Source of the DNA: a phage
Strand: one strand, 5' to 3'
DNA: 64,000 nt
Sequence record: PZ445440.1
Part shown: positions 57,916 through 64,000 of the stretch, in pieces
How positions within the stretch are numbered: the first letter of the stretch is position 1
Layout of the letters: each line of letters opens with the position of its first letter
Made by a program: the position numbers and the translations under genes
Notes under the pieces: model-generated
The model's database searches: none
What the model saw: the letters and a program-made list of their open reading frames with translations, nothing else
What the model was told of the DNA's origin: nothing

Positions 57916-59462
57916 GTAACAATACATATCAACACGTTTCGAACGAATCGGTATATGTTGAATTTGACCCTACCGGGTCAAATTTTGATAGTTCAATAAC
58001 CAATGTCCAGGCAGCCTTAGCCTCAATTAGCGCATATGGTGTTAAAGGTGTTCCGGATGCAAGCGAAGCAGAAAAAGGTGTAATTCAATTAGCGACAGAG
58101 CAAGAAGTTCTTGATGGATTTAATAGTACTAAAGCCGTTACACCCGCCACATTAAATGCAAGACTTCAGTATCCTAACGCGTCAGAAACACAGTACGGCG
58201 TAACTAAATATGCAACACAAGAGGAGGCCATTGCTGGCACTTTAGACACTGTTTCTATTACTCCGCTTAAATTAAACCAAACTATTGATAACACGTTCTC
58301 TACTCGTTATTCAACAGAAACAACTAACGGTGTTATTAAAATTGCAACTCAAACCGCTGCACTTGCCGGGTCTGATGACACCACAGCAATGACTCCGCTT
58401 AAAACGCAGCAATTAGCAATAAAATTAATTTCTCAAATAGCTCCTAATAACGACCCGGCTTCAGAATCTATTACCGGTGTTGTGCGTTTAGCTACGGTGG
58501 CTCAAACACGTCAAGGAACTCTTCGTGAAGGATATGCAATTTCCCCATATACCTTTATGAATTCTGTTGCAACACAAGAATATAAAGGTATTATACGTCT
58601 AGGAACACAAGCGGAAATTAATAGTAATTTGGGAGATGTTGCTGTAACAGGTGAAACGCTAAATGGTAGAGGAGCTACCGGTTCTATGCGTGGAGTCGTA
58701 AAATTAACGACGCAGGCCGGTGTTGCACCCGAAGGCGATAGCTCTGGAGCATTAGCATGGAACGCAGATGTAATTAATACACGCGGTGGGCAAACTATTA
58801 ATGGTTCTTTAAATTTAGATCACCTCACAGCAAATGGAATTTGGTCGCGGGGCGGAATGTGGAAAAACGGTGACCAGCCAGTTGCAACAGAGAGATATGC
58901 ATCTGAACGTGTTCCTGTTGGAACAATTCAAATGTTCGCAGGTGATAGTGCTCCTCCAGGTTGGGTTTTATGTCATGGTGGGACCATTTCTGGAGACCAA
59001 TTTCCGGACTATCGAAATGTGGTTGGAACGAGATTTGGCGGTGATTGGAATAATCCTGGAATTCCAGACATGCGCGGTCTTTTTGTTAGAGGAGCTGGCA
59101 CAGGCAGCCATATTTTAAATAATCGCGGTCAAGATGGCTATGGAAAGGATAGATTAGGTGTAGGATGTGACGGCATGCATGTTGGCGGTGTCCAAGCACA
59201 GCAAATGTCATATCATAAACACGCTGGTGGATGGGGCGAATATCAACGTCATGAGGCACCATTCGGAGCATCCGTATATCAAGGTTATTTAGGTACTAGA
59301 AAATACTCTGATTGGGATAATGCGTCATATTTCACAAATGACGGCTTCGAATTAGGTGGTCACCGTGACGCAACAGGCACTCTTAACCGTGAAGGACTTA
59401 TCGGATATGAGACTCGTCCATGGAATATATCTTTAAATTATATTATTAAAGTCCATTACTAA
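57912..59462 (+). CDS. 12: short tail fiber protein gp12
   Basis: 516 aa; repeated receptor-fiber motifs; ATGA overlap with gene 11. Confidence 0.92.
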   Translation: MSNNTYQHVSNESVYVEFDPTGSNFDSSITNVQAALASISAYGVKGVPDASEAEKGVIQLATEQEVLDGFNSTKAVTPATLNARLQYPNASETQYGVTKYATQEEAIAGTLDTVSITPLKLNQTIDNTFSTRYSTETTNGVIKIATQTAALAGSDDTTAMTPLKTQQLAIKLISQIAPNNDPASESITGVVRLATVAQTRQGTLREGYAISPYTFMNSVATQEYKGIIRLGTQAEINSNLGDVAVTGETLNGRGATGSMRGVVKLTTQAGVAPEGDSSGALAWNADVINTRGGQTINGSLNLDHLTANGIWSRGGMWKNGDQPVATERYASERVPVGTIQMFAGDSAPPGWVLCHGGTISGDQFPDYRNVVGTRFGGDWNNPGIPDMRGLFVRGAGTGSHILNNRGQDGYGKDRLGVGCDGMHVGGVQAQQMSYHKHAGGWGEYQRHEAPFGASVYQGYLGTRKYSDWDNASYFTNDGFELGGHRDATGTLNREGLIGYETRPWNISLNYIIKVHY

Positions 59463-59471
59463 GGGTAAAAA

Positions 59472-60914
59472 ATGATCGAATTAAAAAGTCTACCATACGT
59501 CGATGGCCCTCCTGATGAGGGTCAAAAACGTTTAAACTGGATTAAAAATTCAGAAGAAATAACTGGCGCTGATACGTTATACGGTTCTGAAGGAGTAATG
59601 AACCGTCCAATAACAGAAGTTCAACGAAATGTGGAAACAATTAACGATAACGTTAAGACTATCGCAGAATCTTTAGATACCGCTAATGCCGATATTGTCA
59701 CAATTAAAAGTATCTTGGATGTTTCTGGTGACGTAGATGCTTTAGCACAAATTGGACATAACACTGATGATATTGAAGTATTAAAACACACCGTAAATTC
59801 ACACGGTGCTGATATTTTAAACACTGAAGAAAAACTAGATGATACTATTGCTAATATCGGAGTAGTTAATCCAGAAACAGATTCGGTGTATCGTACGGTG
59901 CGTAACGACCTTCTTTGGATTAAAACCGAATTAGGGCAATATACTGGACAAGATATTAATGGCGTCCCGACCGAAGGTAATGAAAGCACCGGGATGAAAC
60001 GACGTATTATTACTAACAGCTCAGTGTTGGTTGACCAAGGCGTTCGTTTAACCGAGTTGGAAAATAAATTTGCCGATTCTGATGTTGGGGCTCTGACAAC
60101 TGAAGTTGAAAACCTCCGCCAAGAAATGGGTCCTAGACCATCGTTAACAGTACCGGTTTACACTCGTTTATCTGGTATTGATTCATCCATTTCTATCCAA
60201 ACCAGAGATATTGCGGCATTAAAAGATTTTGTTGGATATCCTAATTCAACCGCTATTAAAACTCAAGTCGAGACCAATCGTCTTTCTATATCAACAATAA
60301 ATTCAGACATTAACTCGCCTGGTGGTATTAAACCACGTTTGACAACGTTAGAAACTACTATAGGCTCTCCAGATTTACCGACTACTCTTCAGGGTAAGAT
60401 CAAATTAAATACCGATTCCATTTCGGGTATTAACACAGTTTTAGGTGTTGATTCTTCTAGTGGTTTACGTTTTAACGTAGCATGGCTTAATCAGGTGGTT
60501 GGCGTTGATTCAAATGGTGGACAACCTGAACCGGCTGGTTCGCTTTTATATAGGACTCGTATTCTTGAAACTGGTGTTACTGACCTAGGCAATAACATTC
60601 AAAACGTTCAAACCGAATTAGGAACTAATTCGTCCGGTATTAAAGGACAAGTGACTAGTTTAAATAAACTTATAAGCGGCACTAACCCAAACGGTCAAAC
60701 CATAGAAGAACGTGGTATATTGCCAACAGTTAAAAACCATGACACAACAATTATGGCTTTAACTACGCGTGTTACCACTTTAGAAACAGACCTTGCTGCA
60801 GCAGAAGCAGAAATTCAGGCCCTTAAAGAGGCTGGATATATCGAAGATGCTCCTTCAGACGGTAAATTCTATGTTCGCAAAGATGGTGCATGGGTTGAAC
60901 TTCCTACAGCTTAA
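59472..60914 (+). CDS. wac: fibritin (whisker antigen control) wac
   Basis: 480 aa coiled coil with C-terminal foldon GYIEDAPSDGKFYVRKDGAWVELPTA. Confidence 0.92.
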   Translation: MIELKSLPYVDGPPDEGQKRLNWIKNSEEITGADTLYGSEGVMNRPITEVQRNVETINDNVKTIAESLDTANADIVTIKSILDVSGDVDALAQIGHNTDDIEVLKHTVNSHGADILNTEEKLDDTIANIGVVNPETDSVYRTVRNDLLWIKTELGQYTGQDINGVPTEGNESTGMKRRIITNSSVLVDQGVRLTELENKFADSDVGALTTEVENLRQEMGPRPSLTVPVYTRLSGIDSSISIQTRDIAALKDFVGYPNSTAIKTQVETNRLSISTINSDINSPGGIKPRLTTLETTIGSPDLPTTLQGKIKLNTDSISGINTVLGVDSSSGLRFNVAWLNQVVGVDSNGGQPEPAGSLLYRTRILETGVTDLGNNIQNVQTELGTNSSGIKGQVTSLNKLISGTNPNGQTIEERGILPTVKNHDTTIMALTTRVTTLETDLAAAEAEIQALKEAGYIEDAPSDGKFYVRKDGAWVELPTA

Positions 60915-60946
60915 TGAAAAGGGCCTTCGGGCCCTAAAGGATTTAT

Positions 60947-61873
60947 ATGTCAGGTTATAATGCACAAAACCCTAAAGAATTAAAGGACGTAATATTACGT
61001 CGTTTAGGCGCTCCTATTGTAAATGTTGAATTAACTACAGACCAAATTTATGATTGTATTTCACGAGCGTTAGAACTTTATGGCGAATACCATTTTGATG
61101 GGTTGAATAAAGGTTTCCATGTATTTTTTGTTGATGATGAAGAAAAATACCGTCACGGCGTATTTGATATGCGTGGTTCTAACGTATTTGCTGTAACAAG
61201 AATTATAAGAACAAATGTTGGCTCTATTACTTCAATGGATGGTAATGCAACTTATCCATGGTTCACTGATTTCCTTTTAGGAATGGCAGGTGTTTCTGGT
61301 GGCATGGGTAGTAATTGTGGTAAATTCTATGGACCGAACGCTTTTGGCGCTGATCTAGGGTATTATTCTCAATTAGTATCTTATATGGGTATGCTTCAAG
61401 ATATGATTGCTCCTCTTCCAGATTTTTGGTTTAACTCTGCAAACGAGCAATTAAAAGTAATGGGTAACTTTAGACAGAAAGATGTCATTATCGTTGAATC
61501 GTATGTTCGCTCTTATATCGAGACTCATAAGATGGTAGGAAATACAGTAGGGTACGGACAGGTCGGTCCTCGTGATTCATGGTCTATTTCTGAACGTTAT
61601 GATAATCCAGACCATAATTTGGTCGGACGTCGAGTTGGTGAAGATCCTGCAACTAAACAAGGCGCATATAACAACCGCTGGGTTAAAGATTATGCAACTG
61701 CATTAGCTAAAGAGCTTAATGGACAAATTCTTGCTAAACATCAAGGTATGATGTTACCGGGTGGCGTCACTGTTGATGGTGTTCGATTAATTGAAGAAGC
61801 TCGTTTAGAGAAAGAAGCTTTACGAGAAGAGTTATATTTACTAGACCCTCCTGCAGGTATTTTGGTAGGTTAA
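60947..61873 (+). CDS. 13: neck protein gp13
   Basis: 308 aa; position and size as T4 gp13. Confidence 0.9.
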   Translation: MSGYNAQNPKELKDVILRRLGAPIVNVELTTDQIYDCISRALELYGEYHFDGLNKGFHVFFVDDEEKYRHGVFDMRGSNVFAVTRIIRTNVGSITSMDGNATYPWFTDFLLGMAGVSGGMGSNCGKFYGPNAFGADLGYYSQLVSYMGMLQDMIAPLPDFWFNSANEQLKVMGNFRQKDVIIVESYVRSYIETHKMVGNTVGYGQVGPRDSWSISERYDNPDHNLVGRRVGEDPATKQGAYNNRWVKDYATALAKELNGQILAKHQGMMLPGGVTVDGVRLIEEARLEKEALREELYLLDPPAGILVG

Positions 61874-61874
61874 T

Positions 61875-62639
61875 ATGGCAACTTATGATAAAAATCTTTT
61901 CGCCAAACTAGAAAATCGTGGTGGGTATTCTCAGACAAATGAGACCGAAATCCTCAATCCATTTGTCAATTTTAATAACTATGAGAATAGTCAGACATTA
62001 GCCGATGTTCTAGTGGCAGAAAGCATACAGATGCGCGGTATTGAATGTTTTTATGTTCCACGTGAATATGTTGCCGTGGACCTTATCTTTGGTGAGGACC
62101 TTAAAAATAAATTTACTAAAGCATGGAAATTTGCTGCATATCTGAACTCTTTTGAAGGTTATGAAGGAGCGAAATCGTTCTTCAGCAACTTCGGAATGCA
62201 AGTTCAAGACGAAGTTACATTATCTATTAACCCAGGTCTTTTCAAACACCAGGTCAACAATCAGGAGCCTAAGGAAGGTGATTTAATATACTTCCCAATG
62301 GACAACAGTTTGTTTGAGATTAACTGGGTTGAACCATATGACCCATTCTATCAAGTAGGTAAAAATGCGATTCGTAAAATTACTGCAGGCAAGTTTATTT
62401 ACTCTGGCGAAGAAATCAATCCGGTGCTTCAGAAAAATGAAGGTATCAATATACCTGAATTTAGTGACTTGGAACTTAACCCTGTTAGAAATCTTGACGG
62501 TATCCATGACATTAATATCGATGAATATTCTGAAGTTGAGCAAATCAATTCAGAGGCAAGTGAATACGTTGAACCGTACGTAGTAGTTAACAACCGTGGT
62601 AGACAAAATTCACCATTTGACGATGGGTTTATGAATTAA
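61875..62639 (+). CDS. 14: neck protein gp14
   Basis: 254 aa; position and size as T4 gp14. Confidence 0.9.
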   Translation: MATYDKNLFAKLENRGGYSQTNETEILNPFVNFNNYENSQTLADVLVAESIQMRGIECFYVPREYVAVDLIFGEDLKNKFTKAWKFAAYLNSFEGYEGAKSFFSNFGMQVQDEVTLSINPGLFKHQVNNQEPKEGDLIYFPMDNSLFEINWVEPYDPFYQVGKNAIRKITAGKFIYSGEEINPVLQKNEGINIPEFSDLELNPVRNLDGIHDINIDEYSEVEQINSEASEYVEPYVVVNNRGRQNSPFDDGFMN

Positions 62640-62691
62640 TAAATAGATAAGATAAAGCAAACACCGGTCGAAAGGCCGGTTAGGAGAAATG

Positions 62692-63513
62692 ATGTTTGGC
62701 TATTTTTACAACTCGTCGTTCAGGCGATATATCACAATGATGGGCGATTTGTTTTCAAATATCCAAGTTAACCGTCAATTGTCTACAGGCAATAAATTAA
62801 TTAGAGTTCCTATTACGTATGCATCTAAAGAGCACTTTATGATGAAACTTAATAAATGGACCTCTATAAACTCACAAGAAGATGTGGCTAAAGTCGAAAC
62901 TATTCTACCACGTATAAATCTCCAAATGGTAGATTTCGTTTATAACCCAACGTTTAAAACGAATATATTGAATAACTCTCTTTTGAGTAAATCGACTAAG
63001 GATATTGTAGACCAATACAACCCATCACCAATTAAAATGATTTTTGAACTGAGCATCTTTACTCGTTATGAAGATGATATGTTCCAAATCGTTGAGCAAA
63101 TTATTCCATATTTTCAGCCGCATTTTAATACGACTATGATTGAGCAATATGGGCAGGATATTCCATTTGAAAGGGATATTAAAGTCGTATGGATGGCAGC
63201 AGCAATGGATGAACAAATAGACGGTGATAATTTATCTCGTCGACGTTTAGAGTGGTCATTAACATTTGAAGTAAATGGATGGATGTATCCTCCGGTAGGC
63301 GCAGCAGAAGGCCTTATTAAAACGACTTATCTTGATTTTCATGCTAATGAACGAGACCTTCAAACAGCCGCCAGTGTTTTTGAATCAGTTGATACAGAAA
63401 TTAAACCGAGAGACGTTGAAGCACAAGATTGGAATGGTGAAGTTGAACAAACTTATACTCATGATATTCCAATCCCGACTCCACCAACCCCTCCTGGTCC
63501 TAGAAAACAATAA
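62692..63513 (+). CDS. 15: tail sheath stabilizer and completion protein gp15
   Basis: ORF track 62689..63513; second ATG gives MFGYFYNSSFRRY as in T4 gp15. Confidence 0.9.
   Translation: MFGYFYNSSFRRYITMMGDLFSNIQVNRQLSTGNKLIRVPITYASKEHFMMKLNKWTSINSQEDVAKVETILPRINLQMVDFVYNPTFKTNILNNSLLSKSTKDIVDQYNPSPIKMIFELSIFTRYEDDMFQIVEQIIPYFQPHFNTTMIEQYGQDIPFERDIKVVWMAAAMDEQIDGDNLSRRRLEWSLTFEVNGWMYPPVGAAEGLIKTTYLDFHANERDLQTAASVFESVDTEIKPRDVEAQDWNGEVEQTYTHDIPIPTPPTPPGPRKQ

Positions 63514-64000
<487 letters not shown>

Overview
The window is a contiguous segment of a T4-like (T-even, Tevenvirinae) coliphage genome with very compact gene packing. Positions 1-45260 are transcribed leftward (minus strand) and follow T4 gene order: recombination nuclease 46/47, late sigma factor 55, a block of small ORFs, nrdH-like glutaredoxin, anaerobic ribonucleotide reductase nrdG/nrdD, endonuclease VII (49), thioredoxin nrdC, a block of unassigned proteins including an AAA+ ATPase and a nucleotidyltransferase-like protein, rI, tk, a macro-domain protein, regB, a GrcA-like glycyl radical protein, internal proteins ipIII/ipII, denV, lysozyme e, nudE, a hyperplastic island of about 20 small ORFs (30055-37100), more internal-protein paralogs, two tRNAs, ipI-like, 57B (Acb1), 57A, 1, 3, 2, a freestanding GIY-YIG homing endonuclease and 4. 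Positions 45322-64000 carry late structural genes on the plus strand: 53, 5, 5.1, 5.4, 6-12, wac, 13, 14, 15 and the start of 16. Relative to T4 as recalled, there is no alpha-glucosyltransferase gene between 47 and 55, nrdD is intronless, and only two tRNAs were found. Many minus-strand genes are preceded by a repeated early-promoter element whose -10 hexamer sits inside an inverted repeat. The most interesting candidates for uncharacterised biology are the nucleotidyltransferase / 2-TM protein / AAA+ ATPase cluster (17861-21244), a second nucleotidyltransferase-like gene (31843-32799), the macro-domain gene, and the run of coiled-coil-tailed proteins (13761-17376). All assignments rest on reading the six-frame translations against recalled T4 protein sequences and motifs; no searches were run. 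The ORF track uses alternative start codons, so many starts were moved to an internal ATG/GTG with a Shine-Dalgarno sequence. Coordinates of features not in the ORF track may be off by 1-2 nt.
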